A stretch of 54,224 nucleotides of DNA from Simkaniaceae bacterium (lineage in GTDB: Bacteria; Chlamydiota; Chlamydiia; Chlamydiales; JAJFMI01). Positions within the stretch are counted from its first letter, which is position 1. Each line of letters opens with the position of its first letter. The DNA is taken from the NCBI GenBank assembly GCA_040880145.1, contig JBBDIZ010000001.1:1-54224 (forward strand), written 5' to 3'. The position numbers and the translations under genes were made by a program. This document shows positions 8,331-17,744 of the stretch, piece after piece. The notes beneath the pieces were generated by a model. That model saw only the letters and a list, made by a program, of their open reading frames with translations, ran no database searches and was not told the DNA's origin.

Positions 8331-9332
8331 TTAATTCAATTCATGGGGAAGGAGGATATAGCAATGTTTGAGATCCTCCAAGGAACCCGCCGTGAGGGAT
8401 GCTTCAATTTCATAAGATATCGCGCCTTCTTCTAGAGGGGATACTGATAAAACGCGGCCAACATGGAGATTTTCAGGAAAGATTCCATCTAAACCGCTTG
8501 TCACAAGTAAATCTCCTTCTTCAATAAGAGCGACTTTCAAAGCATGAAGTTCGCCGTAAGGCTTACCTGTTCGAAGCTCTCGGGCGGGTCCATATTTGTC
8601 TGTTTCATCATAATGAAACCCTATGCCTTTTATCGTAGAGGTAAAGGAGCGCCAGAATAGACTGGATGCGCCTTTTGTCTCTCCTTTTGCAAGGTGCAGC
8701 GTTTCTTTTTCATTCAATTGAACATCGAGATGAGCAAGCTGATTTAAAAGCTTATCTTTTTTCTTAAATGAAGTAAAAAGATCGTCGCGTCTTGTCAATA
8801 TTTCAAATAAAGCTGTCAAATGGTGCTTGAGTTCCCGATTGGCCTCTCCCCCGCGAAGTGTCCTTACAGCAACAGAAAGTGAGGGATCGAGAATAAGGCG
8901 AACTTTTGAACGCTTTGCCTCGACGCTTTCGATCAACCCAATCAACGACCGTCCAATAATCACGGGAGCATTTTTAAGTCCTTGGCGGTCATCGGATCCA
9001 ATGTTAAGCCAAAGGGTTGTTTGCCAAGAATTAGGCTCCCTGAAAAGAACTCTTGCAGGAACGAGGTTTTGTGCAAAATGGGGTTTTTCTCCCTCTTTTT
9101 TTAGCCATTCAAGTGCTAAATTCAGCTGCCTTTTAAGCTCCTCATTTTCTGTTTCTAGCTGATCTAAAGCGGCTATGTATGTGGATTTTCCCAAGGGATT
9201 TTGTGCAAAGTGAAAAAGATTGTGAGAAAAAAGACGTAGATTTTGGGTGGTTTTTTGAGGAAGGGCAAATGAGAGGCAAAAGATAAAAAGAATTAGAGGA
9301 AGCCCCTTAGGCCAAAACTTTTTTGATCGCAT
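8331..9332 (-). CDS. mreC: Rod shape-determining protein MreC
   Basis: N-terminal TM, coiled coil LETENEELKRQL, PARVLFREP..W, LIG..V....SKVRLI.D, GDLLVTSGLDGIFP. Confidence 0.88.
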   Translation of the reverse strand: MRSKKFWPKGLPLILFIFCLSFALPQKTTQNLRLFSHNLFHFAQNPLGKSTYIAALDQLETENEELKRQLNLALEWLKKEGEKPHFAQNLVPARVLFREPNSWQTTLWLNIGSDDRQGLKNAPVIIGRSLIGLIESVEAKRSKVRLILDPSLSVAVRTLRGGEANRELKHHLTALFEILTRRDDLFTSFKKKDKLLNQLAHLDVQLNEKETLHLAKGETKGASSLFWRSFTSTIKGIGFHYDETDKYGPARELRTGKPYGELHALKVALIEEGDLLVTSGLDGIFPENLHVGRVLSVSPLEEGAISYEIEASLTAGSLEDLKHCYILLPHELN

Positions 9333-10497
9333 CTGCTACCCTATCGATATTCTCATCATTAAGCCCGCAAACATTAATTCGACCATCACTTGTTAAATAA
9401 ATCGCATGATCTTTGATCATTTTATAACTCTGATCTTCCGTCAGTCCCGTAAACGAAAACATGCCCTTTCTCTTTTTCATAAAGGAGAAATCTTTTTGAA
9501 TACTCTTACTCTCTAATGCTTTTACAAGCGCCTCGCGCATTTCTTGGATGCGAAGGCGCATCTCATCGAGCTGCTCTTTCCAAACCTGCTTCAATTTGGG
9601 ATCTGAAAGAATTTTACTAACAATTGCAGCCCCATGAATCGGGGGATTTGAATAATTGGCGCGAATGAAAGGTTTTACATGGGATAAAACATGGGTGGCT
9701 ATTTGAGGCTTTTCGGTGAGAATAAAAAGCGTTCCGACTCTCTCCCCATAAAGGCCGAAGTTCTTCGAACAAGATTGCGCTACAGCCATCTCATGTCCCT
9801 CTTGGGTAAAATGACGGATCGCAAAAGCATCTCTTTCCAGCCCATCTCCAAACCCTTGATAAGCGAGATCAAAAAAAGGAAAAAGTCTCTTTTTTAAAAA
9901 AAGAGCGGAAATTTCCTTCCACTGCTCAGCTGTAAAATCAGCACCCGTAGGATTGTGACAACATCCATGTAAAATCACAACACTCTTCTCAGGCATTTTA
10001 TGAAACGCTTCTAGTGCTTTTTTAAAACAAACCCGGTTCTCTTCGTAGTAGGGATAACGAAAAAGCTCTAGATTGCTATATTTCACAAGTTTTAAATGAT
10101 TTGCCCAAGTCACTTCCGGAACAAAAACCTTTGTGCCCAGCTGCTTTTTTAAAAACTCAAGCCCAACTCGAATCGATCCTGTTCCACCAAGCCCTTGAAC
10201 CCCAACAATTCGAGGGCCTTCCTCTTCAAAGAGATCCTCTCCAAAAACTAAACGTTTGATTCCTTGGATTTCACCCTTGCACCCATCGATAGGTAGATAA
10301 TTTTTATCTACCTCTTCATTGAGAAGCACCTTTTCAGCTTGAATAACCGCGCGCATCTTTTCGGCTTGAAGCTTTTCATTTCGATAGATCCCAACGCTTA
10401 AGTCTATTTTTTCAGAGCGAGGATCGCTCTGAAATGCAGCCGTTAAACCTAAGATAGGGTCTGGGGGCATAAGGTCTAAATGATCAAAATAACCCAA
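9307..10497 (-). CDS. aspC: Aspartate/aromatic amino acid aminotransferase
   Basis: PPDPILGL, GGTGS, LHGCCHNPTG, DLAYQGF, PLP lysine SCSKNFGLYGERVG, DGRIN. TTG start with GAGG RBS. aspC versus tyrB is not resolvable by eye. Confidence 0.93.
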   Translation of the reverse strand: MGYFDHLDLMPPDPILGLTAAFQSDPRSEKIDLSVGIYRNEKLQAEKMRAVIQAEKVLLNEEVDKNYLPIDGCKGEIQGIKRLVFGEDLFEEEGPRIVGVQGLGGTGSIRVGLEFLKKQLGTKVFVPEVTWANHLKLVKYSNLELFRYPYYEENRVCFKKALEAFHKMPEKSVVILHGCCHNPTGADFTAEQWKEISALFLKKRLFPFFDLAYQGFGDGLERDAFAIRHFTQEGHEMAVAQSCSKNFGLYGERVGTLFILTEKPQIATHVLSHVKPFIRANYSNPPIHGAAIVSKILSDPKLKQVWKEQLDEMRLRIQEMREALVKALESKSIQKDFSFMKKRKGMFSFTGLTEDQSYKMIKDHAIYLTSDGRINVCGLNDENIDRVADAIKKVLA

Positions 10498-10550
10498 GAG
10501 ATTTCCTCTTTACTTGGTATTTGGCCCGTGTTACTATACTTTCTTGTTTT

Positions 10551-10623
10551 GGGGCGTTAGCTCAGTTGGTAGAGCGCAACAATGGCATTGTTGAGGTCAT
10601 CGGTTCGATTCCGTTACGCTCCA
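10551..10623 (+). tRNA. tRNA-Ala (GGC)
   Basis: Cloverleaf with acceptor GGGGCGT/ACGCTCC containing G3:U70, anticodon arm CAACA-ATGGCAT-TGTTG and T-loop TTCGATT. CCA is not encoded. Confidence 0.96.
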
Positions 10624-10626
10624 AAT

Positions 10627-12291
10627 TTATTCCCCTTCCATCAAATCAAGAAAGGCCTGCAACTGTTTCGATCGGGTCGGATGGCGCATTTTTCGTAATG
10701 CCTTCGCCTCAATCTGCCTGACACGCTCACGCGTTACCTTAAAGCGGACCCCAACTTCTTCAAGTGTTTTAGGTTTTCCATCCAAAAGACCAAAACGCTC
10801 GATCAACACGGTTCTTTCCCGATCTGTGAGCGTAGCGAGAACTTCGCCTAATTTATCTTTTAAGATTGAGTATCCGGTTGCCTCATCAGGAGATTCAATC
10901 GCTGTGTCTTCTAAGAAATCTCCAAATTGACTTTCACCGCTATCTCCAACCTCAGCTTGAAGAGAAATAGGATGTTGAGCAATTTTATAGATTTCTCGAA
11001 CGCGCTCAGGAGTAAGTCCCAGCTCATCAGCAAGCTCTTCCGGTGTCGGCTCACGCCCGGTCTCCATCATAAGTTTTTTGGCCCCGCGCAGCACTTTATT
11101 GATTGTCTCAATCATGTGCACAGGAATACGGATTGTACGAGCCTGATCCGCGATTGCACGCGTGACGGCTTGTCGAATCCACCAAGTCGCATAAGTCGAA
11201 AATTTATATCCGCGACGGTACTCAAATTTTTCAACCGCCTTCATTAAGCCCATATTTCCCTCTTGGATCAGATCGAGAAAAGAGAGGCCTCGGTTCGTAT
11301 ATTTTTTAGCAATAGAGATCACAAGCCGTAAGTTCGATTCGACCATTTCGCGCTTAGCTTCCTGGCTTTTATCCATCCAACGCTGGAGCATGCGGACATC
11401 TTTTTTGAATTCATCGAGCGTACGTCCTGCTGCAAGCTCTCGTTTGAGAAGCTTCCGTTTGGCAGCCCTTAATTTGGCAGCGGCAAAGCGATTTTTTTCA
11501 GCGCGAGGCGTCAGTTCCTTGATCTCTTTTTCCAAGGTCAAGAAGCGGTCATAAGATTCAAAGATAAGCTCGCCAAAATCTTCGGTGATATTATGGCGAA
11601 AATGCATCTGGCGCAAAAGGGCCTGTGTGCGAATACGGCACTTTTCAATATCTTCTTGGATCTCGATGCGCTCCGCCTTACTAATATCGGGATTGCGAAG
11701 GCGAATCAAGTGTCCGGATAAAATTTTATCCTCTTCTCGAAGCAGGTCTCGCAGGCGTGGTAAAAGTTTTAAAAAACGACTTTTATTTTCAATCTCTTTT
11801 TCAGCAATGATCTTGTCAAAGCGTTCTTTTCCGCTCAGTAAATAATTGGCAATCGCATAAGTTTCACGGGAGGAGTAGCAAAAACGCATGATGATCTTTT
11901 CGATCTGAGCCTGGGCTTTTTCAATGCGCTTCGAAATTTCAACTTCTTCTTCACGGGTCAATAGAGGAACGGACCCCATTTCTTTGAGGTACATGCGTAC
12001 AGGATCATCCGCCGCGGCCTCAGAGCGCTTAGGCAAGCCCTCCATCTCCTTCGCTTCTTTCTTTCTCTCTTTTTGCCTCTCAACTTCCACCTGATTCAAA
12101 ATTTGAACATCCATTCCGGAGAGAAAAATCAACACCTGGTCGATTTGATCAGCTGAATCAAAAGTCATGGGGAGAATTTCATTGATCTCCTCATAAGTAA
12201 TGTAGCCCTGCTCTTTCGCGATAGCAACGAGTTCTTCAATTTTTTGCTGATGTTGTGAATCGAATAAATTTGAATCTGTTGATGTGGTCAT
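10627..12291 (-). CDS. rpoD: RNA polymerase primary sigma factor (sigma66)
   Basis: Region 1.1 [49 protein letters not shown], region 4 [17 protein letters not shown]. Confidence 0.98.
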   Translation of the reverse strand: MTTSTDSNLFDSQHQQKIEELVAIAKEQGYITYEEINEILPMTFDSADQIDQVLIFLSGMDVQILNQVEVERQKERKKEAKEMEGLPKRSEAAADDPVRMYLKEMGSVPLLTREEEVEISKRIEKAQAQIEKIIMRFCYSSRETYAIANYLLSGKERFDKIIAEKEIENKSRFLKLLPRLRDLLREEDKILSGHLIRLRNPDISKAERIEIQEDIEKCRIRTQALLRQMHFRHNITEDFGELIFESYDRFLTLEKEIKELTPRAEKNRFAAAKLRAAKRKLLKRELAAGRTLDEFKKDVRMLQRWMDKSQEAKREMVESNLRLVISIAKKYTNRGLSFLDLIQEGNMGLMKAVEKFEYRRGYKFSTYATWWIRQAVTRAIADQARTIRIPVHMIETINKVLRGAKKLMMETGREPTPEELADELGLTPERVREIYKIAQHPISLQAEVGDSGESQFGDFLEDTAIESPDEATGYSILKDKLGEVLATLTDRERTVLIERFGLLDGKPKTLEEVGVRFKVTRERVRQIEAKALRKMRHPTRSKQLQAFLDLMEGE

Positions 12292-12392
12292 GCTATCCTA
12301 AGTTAAAGAAAAAAGAAAATGGAACAATTATATAATTAATCACGTAAATTTTGGAAAAAAAGAGGGTTTTTGTCAACCTCTCATTCTACTCA

Positions 12393-12953
12393 ATGTCAAG
12401 ATTAAAATTCAATGCCCATTTCGAAATTCAGAGTTATCTTCTCCAACTCCTCGAGGGAGCGCAAAAAGAATGCGTCTTTCCCAAAATTAATCGGATCGCC
12501 GATATTTTTTTTGAGAACAAAGTTTTTGAAATTCAAGTCAGTCCCATTTCAACAGAAGAAGTGCAAAATCGCATCGTCGATTATGAATCACAAGGGCTTA
12601 AAGTCTTTTGGCTTCTTCATGAACGCAGCTTTAATAAAAAAATCTTAAATCTCTCTGAAGGTTACCTAAGAGAAGTGAAAAAAGCCTATTTTGTCCGAAC
12701 TTTGCCGGGTCAAGATGTTTTTATTTACGACCAGCATGAGGAGTTTGATGGGCGTCGGCGCATCTATGCATCCCCTCCTCTTCCAATTGATCTAACGCAT
12801 CCAACAGATCGCGGGTTTAAAGGAGACTTAAGCGACCGAAACCTCCTCTTTCCTTCCTCGAAAAAGAAAAAATTTAATTTTAAAAAAGCCTATCTCAATT
12901 GGCTGAATCAAGCGGTGATACACGTTTCTCTCCCTCCGGGAGAAGACGGATAA
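12393..12953 (+). CDS. CoiA-like PD-(D/E)XK nuclease family protein
   Basis: H..IQ..L, E..F..I.RIADI...VFEIQVSPIS..E...R...Y...G..V.WL; no N-terminal Zn finger. ATG 12393 preferred. Confidence 0.7.
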   Translation: MSRLKFNAHFEIQSYLLQLLEGAQKECVFPKINRIADIFFENKVFEIQVSPISTEEVQNRIVDYESQGLKVFWLLHERSFNKKILNLSEGYLREVKKAYFVRTLPGQDVFIYDQHEEFDGRRRIYASPPLPIDLTHPTDRGFKGDLSDRNLLFPSSKKKKFNFKKAYLNWLNQAVIHVSLPPGEDG

Positions 12954-13389
12954 GATAATCGCGAAAATAGAAAAAATAGACAAGCACCGCTAAGCTCAAG
13001 AGTACATGAATCATTTTCTTGTAAGGGAAGAATTTCTGAAGCGCTGCTTGGGATGGATCCTTTGGATTATAATAAACTTGCCAGGATCTCTCCTGAAGTT
13101 TAACTAAAGCTTTTTCACAAGAAGGACGATTTAAAAAAGTAGGTTTTCGAAAGTCATAAAATCCTTCAAAGATCTTATCCCCTAATTGAAAGGAATAGTT
13201 TACGATAGATTCAAAACGATCTTTTTTGATTTCTTTTGGAATCCATTCTAAAATTTCAACACTTGTCGATTCAGAGAGGTTGAAATAGCGGCGCAAATCT
13301 TTTAAAAAAGCCGCGCTCATAAAGAGGACACAGAGTGCTGTTAACCCCAAAAGCGCTGTCCAAATTTTTTTTATCAGTAATAAACTCAT
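12895..13389 (-). CDS. Two-TM membrane protein (DUF3592-like)
   Basis: N- and C-terminal TM helices around a beta-rich domain with VNYSF and VYYNPKDPSQA. Confidence 0.7.
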   Translation of the reverse strand: MSLLLIKKIWTALLGLTALCVLFMSAAFLKDLRRYFNLSESTSVEILEWIPKEIKKDRFESIVNYSFQLGDKIFEGFYDFRKPTFLNRPSCEKALVKLQERSWQVYYNPKDPSQAALQKFFPYKKMIHVLLSLAVLVYFFYFRDYLIRLLPEGEKRVSPLDSAN

Positions 13390-13461
13390 ATCTTCTTTAC
13401 AATAATTTTTGCCCTTGTTATGATTGGGCCCTATTCAATAGATATTACATTAGAGTCAATA

Positions 13462-13743
13462 ATGGCAAAAGAAGAAAAAAAGAAAAGAAGACCGACAGCA
13501 CTAAAGCGAGACATTCAAAACGCTAAAAAAAATCTTAAAAATCGGATGTTTAAATCGCGTGTTCATACTTCCGTCCGCTCATTAGATGAGGCAATCAAGT
13601 CAGGTGATAGTGATGCAACAAAAAGCCAACTTTCACGACTTTTTAGCTTTATGGACAAAGGGGTAAAGCGAGGCATCTTTAAGAAAAATAAAGCAGCCCG
13701 TGTCAAATCGAGCTACTCTGCAAAAGTCGCTTCTATCAAATAA
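13462..13743 (+). CDS. rpsT: 30S ribosomal protein S20
   Basis: KRRPTALKRDIQN...N...KS...DKGVKRGIFKKNKAARVKS; ATG 13462. Confidence 0.97.
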   Translation: MAKEEKKKRRPTALKRDIQNAKKNLKNRMFKSRVHTSVRSLDEAIKSGDSDATKSQLSRLFSFMDKGVKRGIFKKNKAARVKSSYSAKVASIK

Positions 13744-13748
13744 TGGTC

Positions 13749-13786
13749 GATTGATTCTCTTGTCAAAAGAGAATCAATCTCCTTTT
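13749..13786. terminator. Hairpin terminator between convergent rpsT and dacB
   Basis: 13-bp stem GATTGATTCTCTT/AAGAGAATCAATC followed by a T run. Confidence 0.75.
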
Positions 13787-15180
13787 TAATAGTTTACCAT
13801 CTCTTTAATCAGCGCATCTTCTATTAGAGTTTTCATCTCTTTGCAAGGTCCAATGAATCCATTCAGTATAATTGCAAATGCCAGTGGCTCCTTTTCATTT
13901 GTAATCAAATAGCCTGCAAGAGAAGAAACCCCTGTCATAGTTCCTGTTTTCCCACGAATTTTAGTATTTGCATTCAAATCCTTAAAACGATTCTTTAAAG
14001 TTCCATCTATCCCCGACAGGCTTAGGGAGCTTTTAAACTCTTCTGAAAATGCAGCGCTATGATCAACCCAATCGAGCAGTTGAACCAATTGGCGAGCAGA
14101 TGCTAAATTGTAACGAGAAAGCCCGCTTCCATCGAGCAAAACGATTTCATTTAAAGCGATCCCTATATTTTTTTGAAGAAAGTCCCTTACCCTCTTTGAT
14201 CCGCCTTGCCAGCTTCCCCCGCCTAAGTGCTTAAAGAGCGTATCGGCATAGAAATTATCTGATTTTTTTAGGATTTTCTTTGCAAGCTCCTGGAGGCTTA
14301 AAGATTTATGCATCGCTAATATCTTGCAATCAAGAGGCATTCTTCCTTTTCGAACCTCTCCCTTAAATGAGATGCCGCTCTTTCTCATTAATGAAGCAAA
14401 GAGCTCGGCAGTATGAACAGAGGGTGTAGAAAGAGGAACTTTGAGCTTTTTAATCTCTTCTTCAAGAGCCATCTCTCCAATAAGAGTGATCTGATGATTC
14501 GATCCATTAAACGTGCGCTCCGCCTTTAGCTTTGTACTTTCCTTTCCCATAATTGCTTGATTATCGATCAAAGCCGATTCTCCCGCTGCTCTAATTCGAA
14601 CGAAGGGCTTGGTATTCAGTTGGCTTGAAGGCTCAACAAGGAGAGTAAGTCGATTGTGATCCACATTTAAAGCTGAAATATAAGGGCAATAGAGAGTTGG
14701 CACATCATCCCACATCCAACCCGGCGCTTTATAAAAGGAATCAAAAGCAAAGTCATCGATAATCAAGTCTCCCTCAACTGTATCGATAGAGGCCTCTTTT
14801 AAGCGCATGACTATATTTAAAAGATCTTTCTCCTTTAGCGAGGGGTCTCCCGATCCTTTAATATAGAGCGTATTGACTCGACCCTCTCGAATCTTTCCAC
14901 GAGTCGCTACTAAAGTTTCAAAGCGAAACGCCGGACCTAGTTCCTCAAAAGCAGCCGCTGTAGTAAAAAGCTTCGATGTACTGGCCGGAACCATTCTCAT
15001 TTGGCTATTTCGGCTATAGAGAGTTTCGTGGGTGAGCAAATGAAAAATCTCAATTCCAACTTGAATGGAAGGATCCATTTCAAATAAAACGCGCTCAATT
15101 CGCTCCTTTAAATAAGCCTTTTTAGAATTCTGAGCAAAGAGAGAAAAAGAGAAAATTAGAAAAAGAAAAGCAAGTTTCAT
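13786..15180 (-). CDS. dacB: D-alanyl-D-alanine carboxypeptidase/endopeptidase PBP4 (peptidase S13)
   Basis: SxxK (PASTSK), GSGDP, SDN, DGSGLSRYN, KTGT; signal peptide MKLAFLFLIFSFSLFA from ATG 15180. Confidence 0.93.
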   Translation of the reverse strand: MKLAFLFLIFSFSLFAQNSKKAYLKERIERVLFEMDPSIQVGIEIFHLLTHETLYSRNSQMRMVPASTSKLFTTAAAFEELGPAFRFETLVATRGKIREGRVNTLYIKGSGDPSLKEKDLLNIVMRLKEASIDTVEGDLIIDDFAFDSFYKAPGWMWDDVPTLYCPYISALNVDHNRLTLLVEPSSQLNTKPFVRIRAAGESALIDNQAIMGKESTKLKAERTFNGSNHQITLIGEMALEEEIKKLKVPLSTPSVHTAELFASLMRKSGISFKGEVRKGRMPLDCKILAMHKSLSLQELAKKILKKSDNFYADTLFKHLGGGSWQGGSKRVRDFLQKNIGIALNEIVLLDGSGLSRYNLASARQLVQLLDWVDHSAAFSEEFKSSLSLSGIDGTLKNRFKDLNANTKIRGKTGTMTGVSSLAGYLITNEKEPLAFAIILNGFIGPCKEMKTLIEDALIKEMVNY

Positions 15181-15541
15181 AGAAACGACGAGGTGGAGAC
15201 CCACGGCTTTAGTCCTGGGAGGAAACCTCGCTCCTTAAAGTTTTGGTTTGTATTCCGGTTTTTTCTCTCGTATGTTACACTGCCTTTTGCTTTGCTAGAG
15301 TTTAAACCTTGGCGACAGAGTTCGGGTGCGACGAGGGATGCCCGTAACATTTCTAGTATGGTGGCACATGCTTTAAACGTAGCATGCGGGGTGCCCGGCC
15401 CTGACGTCAACCCGCCAAACGGCTCCAGGGAACAGAGCAATAACCCTGATTTAAAGCTAAGGTAACGGTGATTTAATCTCGCTTCGTGCATATGGTTTCT
15501 CTCTAGTTACAAGCCCTCGGCTTTAGTCGTGGGTAGTTGAC
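15181..15541 (-). mobile_element. Non-autonomous IS200/IS605 (IscB-type) element carrying a HEARO/omegaRNA-like scaffold, with no iscB or tnpA
   Basis: The minus strand starts GTCAACTACCCACGACTAAAGCCGAGGGCTTG and ends TTCCTCCCAGGACTAAAGCCGTGGGTCTCC...TTTCT|ATGAA. The two subterminal TTTA-loop hairpins (15200-15219, 15514-15533) are 18/20 identical. Internal GTTGAC, CTACGTT, CTCTGTCG, TTTAAAC and CAGTGT occur in HEARO order. Confidence 0.85.
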
Positions 15542-15570
15542 AAGTCTCCAAAATCAAATGACTCTTCGGA

Positions 15571-15599
15571 AGCTTATCATTTTTTTTAGATTGATCCAA
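15571..15599 (-). promoter_or_regulatory. Putative sigma66 promoter of dacB, now upstream of the omegaRNA-like element
   Basis: Minus strand TTGGAT-N17-TAAGCT with an extended -10 TG. Confidence 0.55.
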
Positions 15600-15629
15600 T
15601 TTAATTTATATACCGAAACGACTTCTATA

Positions 15630-15752
15630 ATCGGTAAAAAAGCAGAAGTTGTTTTGAATCCAGAGACTGGAGGAATTGTTTCAGTAAATCCAACATCAAC
15701 TAAAAAAGCGGAAAAATTAATCAATGAGCTGCCTAATGTCAATCGCAATTAA
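15630..15752 (+). pseudogene. Orphan C-terminal tip of a polymorphic toxin (RNase-like)
   Basis: IGKKAEVVLNPETGGIVSVNPTSTKKAEKL resembles the ends of CdiA/Rhs RNase toxins. It has no start codon and overlaps the start of the next gene. Confidence 0.55.
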
Positions 15753-15999
15753 ATTAAATCAGGCTGAATACAGCTATCTTTGTAAAGCATCTTTCCTCCC
15801 AGATAGATTAAGGCAGCTTTTTTTTCTCACGGAAAGAGCAGAAAACGCCTACTTACTTAATATCTCAGAAGATCAAGCTGATGAAATAAGAGATCTTTGT
15901 GGAGAACAGTTACAAGTAGTAGGATTTGATGAGAAATATGAACCCACTCCAGAGGGGGAAATCCTTGAGGATTTAGTAGATAAATTCTACATAGGATAG
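15736..15999 (+). CDS. Small acidic putative toxin immunity protein
   Basis: 87 aa, acidic; ADEIRDLCGEQLQVVGFDEKYEPTPEGEILEDLVDKFY; directly follows the toxin-like fragment. Confidence 0.6.
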   Translation: MSIAIKLNQAEYSYLCKASFLPDRLRQLFFLTERAENAYLLNISEDQADEIRDLCGEQLQVVGFDEKYEPTPEGEILEDLVDKFYIG

Positions 16000-16154
16000 T
16001 TCTGATATTACAACCTTTTTCTGAACACTTGGAATACCTATTTTTCCAACCATTCGCCGCCCCTAATGGATCTGGAGTTTGAGCTCGTCGAACTTGCTAT
16101 CAAGGCTTCTCTTCGGCTCACTCCGTTCGGCCTTGACCGCTTAATAATATGAGG

Positions 16155-17744
16155 TCATTTAAGATTTAATCGACTATAGCATGAGCCGTAGGAGAGTCGA
16201 TACGTTAAACCGGACTTTTTTTTCAAATGTTTCGACACCAATGTTTTAAGAGTTTTCTCCTCCCCATAAAGCGAAAGTTCTTTTCTTGCCCTCGTAACCC
16301 CTGTGTATAAAACTTCTCGACCAAAGCTTTCAGCTCCCTCCGGTATTAAAAGAATAACCTCATCAAATTCACTTCCCTGACTTTTATGAATGGAAAGAGC
16401 ATATGCAGGTTCAAAAGGAGGAAGTATTAGAGCCGGGAAGTTGCGATTCCCCTCAAAGTAAGCTTGATCTTTTAAACTTAAGGGGGCGTCTTTATGATCT
16501 AAATAACGTATAAGGACTCCAAGCTCCCCGTTATAGAGATTAAGGGAGGGGTTTGACCGCGTAATCAGAATCGGAATACAGAGAAATCCAGACCCCTTGG
16601 AAAAAGAGAGCTTTTTTTTTAAAATTTTTTCACTCCATGTTTTTGAACCAAATAGCCCTTCTCGCAGCGGGGTTAAAATCCCCAATTTTTTCAGTTTTGC
16701 AAGCTCGAAATCAGGATCGGGTGGATTGAGAGTAAAAGAAGGAAAGTTTTGCGCGAGTTTATCGCTTAAAATATAGTTCAGAGGACTCATATTCAATTTT
16801 TTTGCCAAAAAAACGGACTTTTCTCGATCACCTAAACGTATCGCTTCAGCGAAATTTAAGATTTTTTCTTGATCGCTTCTCATGCATTTTGAGAGATGAA
16901 CGTAAGAGTCAGGATGATATTTTTTCACAAAATGCGTGATTTCTGTAAGAAGGGTTCCAGCTTCAACAGGAGGGAGCTGATCGTCATCTCCCATAAGGAT
17001 TAGGCGTGTTTTAGGTCCGATTGAAGCCAGTAAAAGCGAAAAAAGACGGACATCGATCATAGAGGCTTCATCGATAATGAGAAGATCGGCTTGGATTTTA
17101 TGAAAGGCTTTGAAGGTGTCTCGAGCACTTTTGACATCGAGAAGGTTATGAAGCGTTTTGGCCTCTTCTCCCGTGCTCTCAGAAAGCCGCATGGCAGCCT
17201 TTCCGGTTGGGGCTGCGAGTAAAACCTTGCCCTCCGGTTTTGCCTTTATAAATTCACGAATAATCTCTTTTGCCGTAAAGGTCTTTCCTCTACCCGGTCC
17301 TCCGCTAAGAATAAGGAACGGACTTTTCATAGCTTTTTCGACAGCTTTTTGCTGCTCATCATTGAGTTTATCAGAGCGGGAAAAAGGAAGGGGATCGCAA
17401 ACATGCAAAAAAATTGAGAAAAGCGCTTTTTCAAGGCGCGATTCAAAAAAATCATTTCTTTTTAAGTAGATAAACGAGCCTTTTCTGACCAAAGGCCCTG
17501 AAAAAAGCGCTTCATCAAGCTCTTCTATCCCTTTTTTAGCCCTTAAATTCATATCAGGTGGAAGAAGAAAAGGCTCTAAACCCTCTTCCTTGATTTCAAC
17601 GGCAAGATGACCCTGTCTCGATGCATACATTAAGTAGGCAAGAAATAAATACCCATTATCACTTTTCGAAAGACGCTTTCCAAAAGCAAAATCAATAGGA
17701 TGAAACAGGTTAAGCGCTTGTAACTCTTCGTAAAATGTCATCAC
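16155..17744 (-). CDS. recD: Exodeoxyribonuclease V alpha subunit
   Basis: SGGPGRGKT, AAPTGKAA, IIDEASM, GDDDQLPPVEAG, SIHKSQGSEF, LYTGVTRAR. Confidence 0.93.
   Translation of the reverse strand: MMTFYEELQALNLFHPIDFAFGKRLSKSDNGYLFLAYLMYASRQGHLAVEIKEEGLEPFLLPPDMNLRAKKGIEELDEALFSGPLVRKGSFIYLKRNDFFESRLEKALFSIFLHVCDPLPFSRSDKLNDEQQKAVEKAMKSPFLILSGGPGRGKTFTAKEIIREFIKAKPEGKVLLAAPTGKAAMRLSESTGEEAKTLHNLLDVKSARDTFKAFHKIQADLLIIDEASMIDVRLFSLLLASIGPKTRLILMGDDDQLPPVEAGTLLTEITHFVKKYHPDSYVHLSKCMRSDQEKILNFAEAIRLGDREKSVFLAKKLNMSPLNYILSDKLAQNFPSFTLNPPDPDFELAKLKKLGILTPLREGLFGSKTWSEKILKKKLSFSKGSGFLCIPILITRSNPSLNLYNGELGVLIRYLDHKDAPLSLKDQAYFEGNRNFPALILPPFEPAYALSIHKSQGSEFDEVILLIPEGAESFGREVLYTGVTRARKELSLYGEEKTLKTLVSKHLKKKSGLTYRLSYGSCYSRLNLK

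Noticed and set aside
10521..10721. 66-aa ORF
   Set aside because: Shadow frame over tRNA-Ala and antisense to the rpoD 3' end.
15177..15491. ORFs 15177-15491 (-) and 15193-15465 (+) as proteins
   Set aside because: No PLMP, RuvC, HNH or HUH/Y1 motifs; they are chance frames across the structured non-coding element.
16095..16140. TCAAGGC...GCCTTGA inverted repeat with inner GCTCACTCCGTTCG
   Set aside because: Could be a mobile-element scrap or a terminator between convergent genes, but it is too short to assign.
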